A stretch of DNA of 64,000 nucleotides from contig NW_025765670.1 in NCBI RefSeq assembly GCF_003918875.1, positions 992,001-1,056,000 on the forward strand, in the 5' to 3' direction. The notes beneath the pieces are model-generated. The model made no database searches. It saw only the letters and a program-made list of their open reading frames with translations, and was not told where the DNA came from. Origin of the DNA: Haliotis rubra. Its lineage: Eukaryota. Shown in pieces: positions 1-13,777 of the stretch (its first letter is position 1; each line of letters opens with the position of its first letter). A program made the translations under genes and the position numbers.

Positions 1-1524
1 TGTACTACTTACTTAACAAATATCCCACTAACCAGCCACACATGACGTCTGCTGCAAACTGGCAAGACATTTTTGAAAATATTTTTGAAAGAACATGACC
101 TTTGGACAAAATAACATCTTAATGTGTGCCTTAAATGAGGTTGAGACATTTTTGGAAGAGAATGACAGCGAAATAATATAACAAATTTTGTGAGCACATT
201 TTCCCTTTGATCAAGAATGATGGTGTCTCAAACGAGATAATTTGCTCCATTTTCTTGTGAAGAAGGAAACATGTCCGAGCTGATGATCACTGACAGGGCA
301 GTAATAAAGAACACTGAGCTATTGAAGGATGCTATGTCCCTATCAGAACTGACACAACTAAACTGAAATACTGTTTTACTCCCTGGAAACAAGATGGCTG
401 ATTGCTGCTAACAGACAAGGGGAAACATGTCTGTTCAACACTCACACTCTTACGTCTGTCACGTTATGAGTGATGCACGTGTTCTCCAGGAAACCATTTC
501 ATTCTGCTTCTCCTCCTTTGTTTTTATCCCAAGACATTTAAAGGCCCACGTCACTTTCTTACGAATATGCCTATTTATATCAATGCATGCATTTGTTAAA
601 AAATCAAATCTGATGACCAGAAAGCAAATAGCAATTTGAGGGTTTGTTGTTTTAGTGTTTGTACAACTATCATGGAACCCATAATTTTGATCTTGATTTT
701 AATCTATAACAACAGCCCCTTCCTTTCCATAACCCTGAACCCTAAACCAAACCCTAAGGATTGTAGACTGGCACTAAAGGTCACTAGAGCGTGAGCGATA
801 TAGCGAGACAGCTATCTATTTATCTATAGCACCACGCAGTAGTGACGTAAGAACGTTGTTCTTATTGACACATTCCTATAACTCAAACCAGGTCATCAGA
901 CCATGCACAGTTATCTTCAAATATCTTTTTAAACTGCTCATATAAATGAACATCTGATCTTATCCAAGTTAATAAAAAACTTTTGAAATAAAATGTTCAC
1001 AAGAGAGAGATGACGTCAAAGGTATAACACATCCATCTTGTCAGACGATCATAATTTTTTGCAAGGTATTTTTGAAAATTTACAGATATCAAAATCTCTC
1101 TTCACAATGTTTTTGTTGAGACTGAAATCAGGGTCATTTTACAATTTGTTCCTGAACATGAAACTGATGCTATTTCTATGCTTCGTCAGACTTAGATTTC
1201 TACATAGCGCTAACCATAACACACATGATACAAACGAAAGAGCTTCCTTGTTTTGTTTTTTTTACCATGAAAAATTATTCTGATAAAGAGCCCAGACAAA
1301 CAGCCATTGACTCAGTCAAACAGATTTGTGCTGCTTGAACACATAACTTTGTGAATGAATCGACACACGGGGTGACTAACTATATTGATTTGGGGAGGTA
1401 CAAATAAATCTTGCATGTAGAGCAAACACAGTAGGACATTCCTCTGTGGAATATTGATGATTGTTCAGCTGCTCAGGTTCTACATCATCTTGGAAGGAAC
1501 AGAAGGCAGCCTAGAAACATAGCT

Positions 1525-1637
1525 CTGGGTTCCGTTCTCCAACGCGATCTTAGCCCTACAATTGTCGTAACACAATGTTATAGTATGTGAGTTACGATCA
1601 CCTTAGGGTTAAGATTGCTTTGTTGAACAGTTCCCTG
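1525..1637. mobile_element. ~110-bp degenerate hairpin MITE (related copies at 6978-7083 and 40979-41087)
   Basis: Inverted arms gcgatcttagcccta..tcgtaac / gttacga..tagggttaagattgc. The motif ttacgatcacctt..aagat..ctttgttgaa is shared with 41042-41078. Confidence 0.6.
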
Positions 1638-2407
1638 ACTTCCAACATTAAGGCTATTCCATGAAAGTAAGGTCCATCCTGGTTCGCAAAGGAACTGAAG
1701 CCTTGAAGCATGATTACCTTAATCTAATGTTAAAGGTATCCAGGCTGTTCTTTCAAGCCATCTTAGTATTAAGACTACTGTTGTGTGCCTAAAATCCCAC
1801 TTGCTGATAGATTATGTCCCTTTTGTACTAACGAAACAGAATATGAGTAACACATACTCTTGATTTGTCAAAAAATATCGAGAAATACGTAAACAGCATT
1901 TAAGTAATACTTTATTGGAAAATATAAGTATGTTTGAGTTTATCAAATTGTTAAAATGTGAAAACAGTTCTGAAATATTGAAAGCTGCAAAGTGTATTTA
2001 TTATATCTTAAATGAAAGAAACAAAATTGAATTTTTGTAAATAGTTCACACATATCCTCACTCTTGGGCAATAATGATAATAACAATATGATTGCTCTCT
2101 ATATACGTACCTCGACATATGCACAGGCAAATATTCAGTATATTTATATTGTATTGGTCTTTGACCTAATAAAAACTTTGTCTTGTCTTGTATTACTAAC
2201 ACATAAAGTCCCTTTAGTGCTAAGATCAGATTACAGAATTGGGCCTTGAAGGAATGCTAAATGTTAAGAACGTGTTCTTGTACTTTTTGGAATGTAAGCT
2301 GCCATAATGACTTCTATCTCTGCAAACAGTATGGAAAGCATTGAGTCTGGGTCTGACAGCCTAGTGACTGACATCATGAGCATCTATGCAAAGCTGTTAA
2401 TCTAACA

Positions 2408-2537
2408 GTGAGTCAGGTTTTGCGTGGCTTTTCTGCAATATCACTGCACAGGACACCAGAAATGGCCTTTACACCTGTACTATTGTTGGGAATTAAACCC
2501 AGTTCTTCGGCGTAACTAGGCTACCTACCACCCCCTA
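2408..2537 (-). mobile_element. SINE family A, degenerate
   Basis: ggacaccagaaatgg...ttcttcggcgt...ctaggctacc..ccaccccc. Confidence 0.7.
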
Positions 2538-2625
2538 ACCCAACATAGAGGTAAGGTTAAGTGATCAGATTTGTTAGTGTAACAATACTCTGACAGCTGT
2601 TGCCCAATACGTAACAGGTACTTAC

Positions 2626-4152
2626 TTGTTGAAAAGGTTGAGTCCAATTCGGTATGCCCTCTTGCGTTGCTTGTCATTAGTTCTTGGCATGGTCTGTTGG
2701 TCGGGCGTGACACTTAACCGTAGTCTCCTCTGATAACTAATGCTGTTCTCACTACAAATACTAATGTTCTCCGTGCTGATGTTCTCGGAACTTGGGGAGC
2801 TAGAGCACTGACCGTCAATACTATCTGGTTCACTCGTTTCAGAAATATTGCTCATACGTTTCGCTTCAGCTTTCACGGCATTCACCGGGGCAATATTATT
2901 ACCATTGACCGTCCCGCCATTGCCCTTTCTTTTCCAGATCGGAGATGTATCCGGTGCACGAGCAGGGGGCGCTGGCTTTACCTTCTCCTCGCCAGGTTTT
3001 CGAGATCGTAGTTTCACCTGTGAGTTCATGTAGTATTTCACGCCATCCTTTGGCGACGATGTTTGATTTTGTTCAATGAGTCTCGTATCCTCTGGAGAAG
3101 CCAAGTCCACCTTAATTTGCACATCACTAGCCACTGAGACATTTTCACATGACTCGGAGTTCAGGTTGCGGAAACTGTCAAATGATGCTGACGAACCTCG
3201 AGCACTGTCAGCAGTTGTATTGACACTGAAGTCAGACCCAAGCGATGATGCGGATGGGCGATGACTTAACGTCAGCGTGCTCGCCTCCTGACTACTTTCG
3301 CTATGTATACTATCACTATGAAAACTATCTGTGAGGATGTCAGTCTCTTTGCTTTCCAGTAAGGTCTCGAAGTCCAAGCTATGAGGATCTACTGCACTTT
3401 CTAAAGGTGTTGGTTGTGGAGAGTCACTGGCACTACTGTCATTCATTTCTGGGTAGGAATTACGATTATTATTTGTTTCTTCGATCAGGCCTGCCCCAGG
3501 CTTGCCTTTCTTCTCCTTCTCACATGGAATGTCTGATATATCTATCTCAACTGATCTTTCCAATTTCTTTCCACGTCTAGAGAACCGTGCCTTTTGAGAA
3601 TCCATTTTGACTCCATGGTCAAATGACATTTGGTGATAAAGTTTGCTGTGGTCACGGCCAGATTCGAATTCCGCAACCATCTTTCTGACATCACTTCCAA
3701 AAGAACTATCCGAACCTACATCCGAAGCTTCAAACTTCCCATCGGTGATGAAACGATCGGTCCAGATTGTGTTGCTGCGTCCTAGTTCTGACAAACGCTT
3801 TGATAGTCTTCGTTCCCCAACAGAATGTCTGAGTTTCTGGAAGTTCTTGGTCATGCAATACTGTCTGAAAGCTCTCTGAATGGTCTTAGCTGCTCGGCGG
3901 GATCTGATGGAACCTCCGTATTTGCGCTCTAGCATTTCAACTTGCTTGTCATGTAGGTCCTGAGACAATTCATACGACACGGACTGTGTCCGAGAACGCT
4001 TGATCACGTCATCGTTGGAACTCTTGAAGGAACGTTGTCTCTGGATTCGGCTACAGCTGATACTCCCCTGATTGACAAGTTTTGAGCTCCGCGGTGACTC
4101 AAGTGGAGATCCCACGGACTGCTTGCGGTCTCCAACTTTCGACCCGCCAACG
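2626..4152 (-). CDS. IQSEC1: Large internal coding exon of an IQ motif and Sec7 domain-containing Arf-GEF (IQSEC1-3/BRAG, Drosophila schizo/loner family)
   Basis: The ORF contains [21 protein letters not shown], the IQ motif [19 protein letters not shown] and the Sec7 start [14 protein letters not shown], all characteristic of IQSEC proteins. Acceptor: polypyrimidine tctttgttcttgcAG, with AG at 4154-4153. Donor: AA|GTAAGT, with GT at 2625-2624. Length 1527 nt = 509 codons, phase 2 at both ends. The symbol denotes the family (IQSEC1-like), not strict orthology. Confidence 0.95.
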
Positions 4153-5357
4153 CTGCAAGAACAAAGATCAGGATATAAATTCATGTTCAACAAACATCAG
4201 CAACAAACATTCATTCCTGGAACGGAAACATTACAGCTTAACTTCCCATCTGAAAACGATAGAAAGTTCTTAACCATGCCAGCAATATGTCAAATCGACA
4301 CAACATAACACACTTCATGAGTCCCATATTCCAATTGCAACCAGAACCTAACAGTATGACGTCATGGTACTTAAATGTCAACGTACAGAAATGGCTGTGT
4401 CAAACACACTGAGAAGAGCGAGCATGAGACGCCTGCTGAGACAGACTTCATGACAAAGGTACTGTGCTGTGTCTCTGCACAAGATACACTGTGTACAGGA
4501 ACCCCTGAAAATGAATACCTCCATACTAAATATACCCTCTGACTCACATGCTCACACCGCTTGCCGCCAAACACACTGCTCGTGCAAGTAAAAATAAAAT
4601 GCACGACTTTCAACTTCTAACCATCTGTGCATGCAAAAACTGCAAAACAACAATATTTTTCTCTGAACTGGATATATTAACGCCCACAGAATGTTAAAGC
4701 TAAAGTTTGAAGGTCTGTCATTGGGCAATGAAGTGTAAACCCTAGATGGTATCAAAGCCTCTTGGACGGGTTCATTGGCTTCTACTGGGACAGAAAAAAG
4801 TCACGGATTGTATGTGAGACATATTGAAATAATTTGAGACGGCATTGTGTTACATTATGTTGTGCACAGTGTGGATGATTGATAGTACAGGCATGGTGTC
4901 AGGTTTCTGGTTGACTGGCCTGCCACGCGACTTCAACAGAGGCGAGGTTCACATTCATCCAGTCTGTCTCACAGTCCCTGAACCACATTATATTCCCTAG
5001 TGCCTAGCCCTCTCTGCAATGCTAAAGCCGTGAATGAAGCAAGTCTAGATTTTCCCAGGTTCTGAATCTCTGGTCTCCCTGGGGTTCCTTTTCAATTTAA
5101 ATGGGTTTATTTGTTACTATCAAAATTATATCTATTCAGAGACTAAGAGTTAGTCTAACATTCATCCAGCTACAGCCTATACAATGGGACACATTTTTGA
5201 CACTATGAAACAAACACAAATATACACCAACTTCCAATTTCAAATTTTAAACCTATAGGCTTGTGAATGTGAAGCATTTATTGGACAAGAAATGTTTTTG
5301 GTTTTGTCATCGACACATAATACTGATCACCACTGTATGTGAATCTTTAACCATCTC

Positions 5358-5480
5358 CATGGTCTAGTGGATAGAGAGTTAGCCTGGGAAAGGTCCTGTT
5401 TGATTCCTGACCCATTATAACATGATGTGAAATGATGGTACTTATTGTTATCCTACCTGGTATTTATCATTATGGGATAA
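5358..5480 (+). mobile_element. SINE family C-related, old copy
   Basis: ggtctagtggatagag...tttgattcctg...atggtacttattgttatcctacctgg. Confidence 0.55.
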
Positions 5481-5527
5481 ATCAGAAATATCAGAGGGCT
5501 GGCTGACACACACAAAAAAATAGCATT

Positions 5528-5597
5528 AGTGAGTGCGTTTGGTTTAACGTCGCTTTTAGCAATATTCCAGCAATATCACAGCAGGAGATATCAGAAA
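5528..5597 (-). mobile_element. SINE family A 3' fragment
   Basis: gcttttagcaatattccagcaatatcac plus tail. Confidence 0.75.
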
Positions 5598-6024
5598 GCA
5601 TTAGTGCAGAGTTACCCACGAGTCATATCAATTTCGGCAGTTTAATGCACAAGTACTGCAACCTAAGGGACATATTTGGCACTGCAAAAAACAGGCATTG
5701 GTGTGGCATAGTATAAAAGTTATAACAGTTTCGACTAGTACAAGTACTACTGCCTAAGATATTTATTGCATCCCAAACTTCCTACAGGACAAAGACAACA
5801 ACAAACACAACAGCAATAACCTTGAGCTCCACAGAAAATCCCATTTTACTTCACCTTAATCTTTCTTTATAGGCGATAACATACATTTGGTCTCTCTAAG
5901 CAATCTGACACACCTGTCTATCGTGAAAATCCATTAATTGCATCATGTCAAATAAGTAAGTAACCTTTTGAATTGAAATTTACCTTGCATCATAATTGGA
6001 TCAATCTGATTACAAGTCAACCTC

Positions 6025-6050
6025 GTTGCCATGGCAACCCACCTCACGTG
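6025..6050. promoter_or_regulatory. Perfect RFX X-box palindrome with adjacent CACGTG E-box
   Basis: GTTGCCATGGCAAC at 6025-6038 matches the RFX consensus. TCACGTG at 6044-6050. Confidence 0.5.
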
Positions 6051-7364
6051 GGGGAACCATCTGGAGAGATGGCAGGTAGACTGGTACAGGAGTATAGGAA
6101 GAAACAGGCATGAGATAACAGGCAGGATCGTATTACCTCCGATAACAGCTTGCTTGCTTCCTTTTCCCTATCACTTAACACAGCCACAGGTAAACAGCAG
6201 ATTGTAATCTACCTCCGACAAACACTTCAATACTGCATTTCGGAGTAATCTTGATTTGAGAATGGAAACGCGAAGAAATTGTCTTTCATTTCAAACATGG
6301 CCATTTTTTTCGTTCTTGCAATCTTGGATTTGTTTTTATGGTAATTATTAGGAATAATGCATCAATCAAATTTAGCATTTTCAATTATCTGTTGGATCTC
6401 TTAACTCCTGGTAAACCACATAATTCTATTTAAGTAGCAAAACCTTGATTTTTACAATCATCATGGCAGTGCTAATTGCCTGCAAAGAAGGTTTCATTAA
6501 CTCAATATCTGCCTGTTCATTACTTGCTGATAATGGTGTGAGCGTGAATAATATCCAATACTCGCCGGGATATTGTGGCCGAGTTTGAAGGAATTCTGTG
6601 TCTTCAAGCAGCTCATTATCATTGTTATATGCATCTGAACATGGGGAAAATCAAATATTGATGCGTGAAGCTAGAAAATGTTCAGCTACCTTATTACATT
6701 TTTCAAGTAATCCATATTCGTGAAGCAACAGACTGCATGGACAAAAGCAATTAGAGTTGTTAATGTTCTAATTATGACCAGTGCTGAGTTTCCTGGCTAA
6801 CGACGTCACTTGAACTCAACTGCTGGGAAACCAACTTAGAATGGGTAGGAGTGATCACGGAGATGTGATCACAGAGGTGTGATCACATGTAGGACAGTGA
6901 GGGAGAAAGTCTCATCATTTGGGGGTTGGGTAAGGTTCAGCTGGCTGGTTGGATAGGGTAGTTTGTTGTACAGAACCTGGTGCCTGATCCAGAGACGGTT
7001 CTTAGCAGTATGTATTCTTAAGACTATGATAAACCATATGGTTATGACACATCATAATGTTAGGAACACTTTGTGGATCAGGATAAAGAAACACAATTAT
7101 CAAAATACCCAATGCACATTATTTTTTAATTTTTTTATATTTACCATTTATAAAATTATTTGCAGGTATCAATGCACATTAATGATAGTTAAGCAAGGCT
7201 ACACTGTTTCAGATTTCTGTTAATATTCTATTCCCGTTCTGCGAGCCTTTCTATATTCTATATACAGTTTTTAATCTTCCTTTTTCAGAGTTCTACTCTA
7301 ATTTCTCTGGAAATATTAAAGTTCAGTGTGCACATCGAATGTGATAATGGCTACAATGAACAGC

Positions 7365-7455
7365 AGGGTTTCACAGTAGAGTTTCACAGTATGGTTTCAC
7401 AGTAGTTTCAGAGTCTGGTTTCACAGCAGGGTTTCAGAGTATGGTTTCGCAGCAG
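7365..7455. repeat. ~13-bp tandem repeat
   Basis: gtttca(c/g)ag-type core recurs about 7 times. Confidence 0.8.
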
Positions 7456-9021
7456 GCATCATCATAATATCGATCTTGAGTGACTGGCAACATGAAAAGA
7501 TAATTTTACCATGTTTTTGTTCCAATATTTTCAGTTCTGAGATCATTTAGTAGTCTAGACAGAGGGATGAAGCTTCTGTCTTCTGCTGAGGATTTACTAG
7601 GAGTTGAAGCAGCAACAGACTACAAGTGACAGAGCTCTGTAGACATAAATCTTTGGGTTGGGTTGATTCGGTCACAGTTGTCGGGGTCCTGGATGTAGAC
7701 TGTAGTTGGTTTGGTTGGTTTGTTGGATATTGTAATTTATAAGAGTGGCGTACTAGTGAAATGATAGTCTGCCATATTAAGCAATGAAAGTAGATGAAAT
7801 TTGAGACCACAGACATCGACTTAGTGATTCACAATTCTTTTCCCCATAGAAATGATGTGAGCAAATTTGATCAGATTATTCTGCACCCTAAGGGGATGGC
7901 AACAGTCCTTTCAGTGCAAAGTAAATTCAATAATAAAAATATTGAAATTTGTTGGAGCAAGCTCCGATCACAAAGGTCCCTTGATGAAGAAGCTGGTGTC
8001 AGATCTTGACCTTAGGATTCATTCAACAGGGTAATGTGGTTTGCTTTTCAAAATATTGGTCCATTTTCCAACTGTTGCTGTAAAATGGAATAAGGATGAT
8101 CTGAAAACATGCCATGTTTCCTACATAATGGATAATTTGAGGTGGGCTAATGGTGCTTCACTTAAAGTCCAAACTTGGATCTTGACTTGGGTGCAATCAT
8201 TTACAAGGAAACTCAAGTGGAAAGCCAACAGGCTTATAGAAGTCGGCAACATTGGAATTACTAACCCTGCATGTTCTCAGGGCTGATGCAGCTACCGACT
8301 TTTTATGATTTTTAAATCAAACGGATGCAACATTCACGAGTTTAGCAAGAGCCGATGTTTTGAAATATGTGACTGAATGAAGATTAATTCTGGTTTTTAT
8401 TGGGAAAAGATGCTTCTATTGTTCAGGCGCATTTCAAAGGCAGGATTTCAGTCAAATGGAAATTCTAATCATCAAAGAACAGATGACATTCAATCCGCAC
8501 CAGTCACAAAGAGACACCTTCGGGAAGAATTCAAGACAGATTTTCAAGTCACTTCCTAATGCACATGAACAAGTCATCAATTAAAAGTCAAAATATCTGG
8601 TACCATCCCAACCTTTGCGAATCGTCCATAGGAAATGTCTTCTAAGACCTGGAATCTCTTTCATGAAACAGTAATTAAAGCTAAACAGAAACATGGAACT
8701 GAAGATTGGGTAATCACAATCCCAGGCTTACATCATGCATCACACAGTTACCATGGGAAAAGCTGCAATTATAGTTCACCTTTTCTAGGGCAGGATAGAT
8801 TTGCTTAGTCAATGTGAGAGCTTGTTTTGAAACTTAAGAAGGAACTAACTAGGAGCAAACCTGATAGGCCTCACTGAGATGCCACTGTAGACTAACTCTT
8901 AATCTGAATATATGTCATTTTGACAGTAACAAATAAATTCATTTTAAACTGAAAAAGGAGATCCAATGAGACGAGAGCCTCAGAACCTGAACCTGTGAAA
9001 ATCTTGATTTGCTTCATTTAG

Positions 9022-9180
9022 GGCGGGGTGGGGGTTGTGTAGCCTAATGGTTAAAGCATCTGCTCGTCACGCTGAAGACCCAGGTTCGATTCTCCACATG
9101 GGTACAATGTGTGTAGCCCATTTCTGGTGACCCCTGGAATATTCCTAAAAGAGGTGTAAAACCATACTCGCTCACTCACT
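9022..9180 (+). mobile_element. SINE family A
   Basis: A/B boxes, body and (ACTC)n tail. TSD tcatttagg. Confidence 0.88.
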
Positions 9181-10094
9181 CATTTAGGACTTTAGCATTG
9201 TAGAAAGGGCTAGGCAGTAGGGAAGATAATGTGATTCAGGGACTGTGAGATGCCATTGTCCTTGTCAGCTTTCTAGAATTTCTTATAATGGATTATTGAT
9301 TCATTATTTCTGATCATGGATAATTTATTAAGAATAAGAACCTGTTAAAGTGTAACTTATAGATTACCCAATGATGCTAGTACACATTGATTACCAACTG
9401 GCTGTTGTGATTGAATTATTACCTCACTCCCCCAGGTCAATGTTGACTCAGAGCCTGACATGTCCTTACGATAAATCTGACTTAACATTAACATGACAAT
9501 GTTGGTGAACACACAGAATGCACTAAGGCACGCAAGCTGCAACAGGCCAATCTCTATCAATAAAATAATCACTTACAGGATGAAAAACTAGGACCTCCAG
9601 GGAAAACTACCCTCCATCAGCAACAAACTGAAAACAATGTGAAGTACTTTCCCTTGCTGATTTGCAAGTCATTTTATGAGCATCTTACTGGTAATATAGA
9701 TTACCTACAGATGACAGGTGGGTTAGGTCGTTACAGGTAAGACATATGGTCAGTAAATTGTAAAGGATATGTGAAGGCTCGATATTGAAAGAGAGCTAGG
9801 ACTGGTATAATTCTGACAGTTGGAGGGCCATATACAGTGTGTATGAACACACATGGCTACTTAGCAAGTTTATTTTCAGAGTACATATATTTGTAGCAAA
9901 GTTCAGTATGGCATGAATCCAGGACAGGAGGTCACGAGATTTTTTCCAAAACTAAATCAAGCAATATTCAGAAAATCCTTAAAAGAACATTACATGTGTA
10001 TGAAGTTGAAACAATTATTCCCTGTTCATCAAAATTGCATATACTTGTGAAAAAGCGCCAAGAAAGAACCAGTATATTTTAAGAACACAAACAT

Positions 10095-10280
10095 ACCTTA
10101 AAGGCAAAAATAAATAAATTTCTGAAATATTTTGCTCCTCAAATAAAAGAAGTTGACATCCATAACTTCTCTCCTTTATGTGTATTACCTTAAAGGCAAG
10201 AATAAATACATTTCTGAAATATTTTGCTCCTCAAAATAAAGAAGTTGACATCCATATCTTCTCTCCTTAATGTGTATCAC
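10095..10280. repeat. 92-bp tandem duplication
   Basis: accttaaaggcaa...tttctgaaatattttgctcctcaaa...agttgacatccata...tgtgtat occurs twice. Confidence 0.85.
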
Positions 10281-10921
10281 CTCTAAATGCTGTTGAAAGA
10301 CACAAACATACCTTGACTTTAGTAATCCAGAGCAAACCAAATCAAATGTTGTCACAAATCCTTCAAATATCCAAACTGAACACCACGTCACGATAAATCA
10401 CTGTTCACATACAACAAAAACATATCCTCGAAGAACACCAGTCCTAGTGAACATCAAGTCCAGTTGAAACACAGATCTCCTCAGCATCCAATCGCTATCA
10501 ACATCAACATCAACACTAGCCATCCCATGCAGTCAGTCTCCACACAAGCTACATCCTCTCCCAGTAAACACTCGGGCTGCTCGCTTAATCCTTCCTGCTG
10601 GCCCCACCCCTAGCCCCTGGGTGGTGTGACCTAGTTCTTATCATGGAGAGCTCCAGCTGTGGGTGGGGAACTCGGGGTATAGGTAACTGTTAATTAGCTA
10701 AGTGTGACAGCACCCCAGGTGTATGGCCTGGATTACAACATGAAAACAATGGGGGAGCTTTTCTATACATTGATGCCTAGGGCTTGTGGTGTGGAACAAG
10801 CTTTGGTCTAATACGAACCAGATTGCATTTGGTTTAATTTCTGACACTAATGATTCTAATTGATGGTAACTAAAATATTTGAGACATTTTTTACACAAAA
10901 AGCTGACAATATCAATAAATG

Positions 10922-11022
10922 TATATGAACATCTGCACAATTGCAGAGTAAGTAAGTCATTTATAACTGACCCAGCTAGCACATACAGGTAAATGTGTGA
11001 AAAATCAGCATGAAATCAACCT

Positions 11023-11064
<42 letters not shown>
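10922..11064 (+). mobile_element. 3' end of a probable non-LTR retroelement with (ATC)n tail
   Basis: About 100 bp of unique sequence + (CAT)n. A reverse-complement copy with the same tail lies at 47774-47905. Confidence 0.65.
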
Positions 11065-11067
<3 letters not shown>

Positions 11068-13403
11068 TTCTTCAAAAAGAAACACTGAGCCTGCCCTTGG
11101 GTTAAAATCCTCAGTCAAAACAGGAAACAAATCACTGTAATGTTTCTGTATGGATCAAGGTAGTTTACAAAACACCCCAGGCACATATCTGATATTCACA
11201 ATAGATAAATCAACAGTCTTACTCAATATTTTTCCTTAACTCTCCCAACATTGTTCTACGTAATTCAGACCAGATCCTACTTCAAAGTCTTCATCAAACA
11301 ATTCACTGTTGCATCCATTGTATAAATCACAGACAGGTTGTTAAATACCAGTGATGCTAAAAATCTTAAACAACAACAAATCCATTTAAACAATCTGAAA
11401 AAAAAAGATTAAATCATAACGTATCCAGACATAAATAAAGATTGGTAGCCAAACAAACATTCATCTTATCCCTAAAATTCTTGTCTGATAACGTTCCATT
11501 GACAAAGTCAACAGCGAAGATAGTAATTAAAATGTATGCCTGTCTTCAATACAAACAATGGAGCAAGGTAAACAGCTTAATTACCACCTGATTGTAACGA
11601 CCCCGTCTCAGACTGTACTGCCAGGTGTGACAAATACTGTAACCACACATCTCCCCAGTTGAACATGTGTGGTATATACCAATAGGACCCAGGTCAGTCA
11701 TTGTGAGCATTGTAGCTGTTTTCTATGGATGACTACTTCACCCAGTGGTGTGGTCCCATATATATAATCAGGTGTTGGTTTACCCCGAAATAGAACTGTG
11801 AATCTACCTGTTATAAGTATACCCACTTACATCGGTCATATACCTGTCAGTGTTCTGATTAACCCAATACAACACGTCACACCCTCTACACAATAAATGT
11901 CAAATGTTTTCTCTCTTTTTGAAACAGTTTTTTTACCAATATGGCCGATGTACCCAATGTGGGTACTTGTTTAAAAGGAAATTTAATGACAAATTGATCT
12001 GAATGGTTGAAAAAAGTAAATTCACAAGTAAGTTTGGTTGACAATTATGGGCCACAGTCGATGCCTAAAATTGTCTGTGTAAAGATACAAAATAAGTAAA
12101 TACAGCAAGCTGAGACTAGGAGATGGTAATGTTCTAGTTAACACACACTCCATTTCCTCAAAGTGCTCATTCCCCAAACTCAACATCCATAGTCCAACCA
12201 AAATCTCTTCTTACATTAATCACGTCTGAATCCAGTGTAGCCATAACAAGGCCCACAAGATGGACGTCTGCTGCACAATCTAGATGATGCACAAACTGAA
12301 ATACCCTAACTTTCTCACAGACATTATGTAATTTGAAGTATATAACAGTTTCAGATTCTTGTGGTGGGATGGGGATCTTTGATGTTTTCTATAATTCAAA
12401 CCTTTGGAACTCCACATCTCTAGGCTTAAAGATTAGGATTATTGCAAGGACCAATTGACCTAAGACTATGTTTTAAACAGTAACACTTCTGTTGAAACTA
12501 ATAGTTGGTGATTAAACTTCAAAGGGCAAATCCTACCACCAACTACAATACTTCTGTCACAAGAAGTGGGAACTAAGTTAAAAAGGTACTAAAATCTTCT
12601 AAGAATGTGTTTAATCTGCTTACAGTAACAAATGCTTCTGATCTATCCTCCACCTCGAGTTCCTGGTTCCCACCTGGTCGGGGCACATCTGACTAAAGGG
12701 TAACTGCACTTGAAGTGTCAAGTAGATTACAATAATCAGTGTGTTAAACCCTTCATAAACACTACCACAGATCACATAGCAGGATTAGTCACCATTAGGA
12801 AACCTACAGTATTCCACACTTCAAGTGTGTGGACCTGTTCGACTGCATCAATTTTGTATGATGGTGAATATTTTATCACCTTTGTGTAAAGCATTCATGA
12901 TCAGGCATTTAACATTAAATTCTGTTAATGTGCTTGTCAGGGTTTGATTTCACAATTAGTGAATCATTGTGCAACAAGGATGAAGCTCTAACTGCCATTA
13001 AGATCCTCGGTTGAATGACCTTTGAAGAATTTGAATATCTTTTTAATCTATGTAATGTTTTTGAAGCAGGTGTCCTGATCGATGATGTGCCCAGATCGAT
13101 GATGTGCCAGCGAACTTTGGTTAAAAAGGTTATCAGTATTAGTCAACCCATATCATAGACGAGAGTAAATAGTGTCTAAATCAAGCAAACCAGTGCCGGA
13201 AAGCATGAGCAACAATACTCCCGATCCAGTGTGTTTTTGTACGGAGTGATCATAACCCATACTTTAGAATATGCTTGCAATCATCGTAGCTGTACAACCT
13301 TGGTGTACAATGACATAAAATAACTTCACTCAACTTTACTGCTATCATATTCTGTCGGTTCATAAGACAAGCACAATGTTCCACTGACCTATTCGGACCA
13401 GAA

Positions 13404-13545
13404 GGGTGGTAACGGGGTAGCCTAGTGATTAAAGCATTCGCTCGTTACACGAAAGCCTGGGTTTGATTCCCCAAGAGTACAAGAGTCACCTACCATGATA
13501 TTGGTTGACTATTGCTAAAAGCAACGCAAAAAACACCTCACTCAT
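13404..13545 (+). mobile_element. SINE family A, degenerate
   Basis: ggggtagcctagtgattaaagcattcgctcg...attgctaaaagc...ctcactc. Confidence 0.75.
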
Positions 13546-13777
13546 TATTCTGTCCAGAAATTCCCCCAGATTCCAAAAGGATGAAACTCTATACCTCTGT
13601 TTCAAGCATTCGTAATAATCCATATCCTAAACAACCATCTCAACCACTACCAACAACACACTGATTTCACTCCTTGCATGCATTAGCTATGACAGATGAC
13701 TATTCATCAGAAAGAAAACAAACCAACTCCAACAAAACAAACATCAATAGCCATCATGTAAACAAGAGAATACCTAC

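Noticed and set aside
715-760. Telomere-like aaccct repeats
   Set aside because: Only three or four degenerate units. This could be a Helitron/Helentron-type remnant but cannot be supported.
4153-4193. N-terminal [13 protein letters not shown] of the 523-aa ORF as the true protein start
   Set aside because: It begins at TTG and overlaps a clear polypyrimidine tract/AG acceptor, so it is probably intronic read-through.
2848-4308. Plus-strand ORFs overlapping the IQSEC exon
   Set aside because: Antisense shadows of a coding exon with no independent signal.
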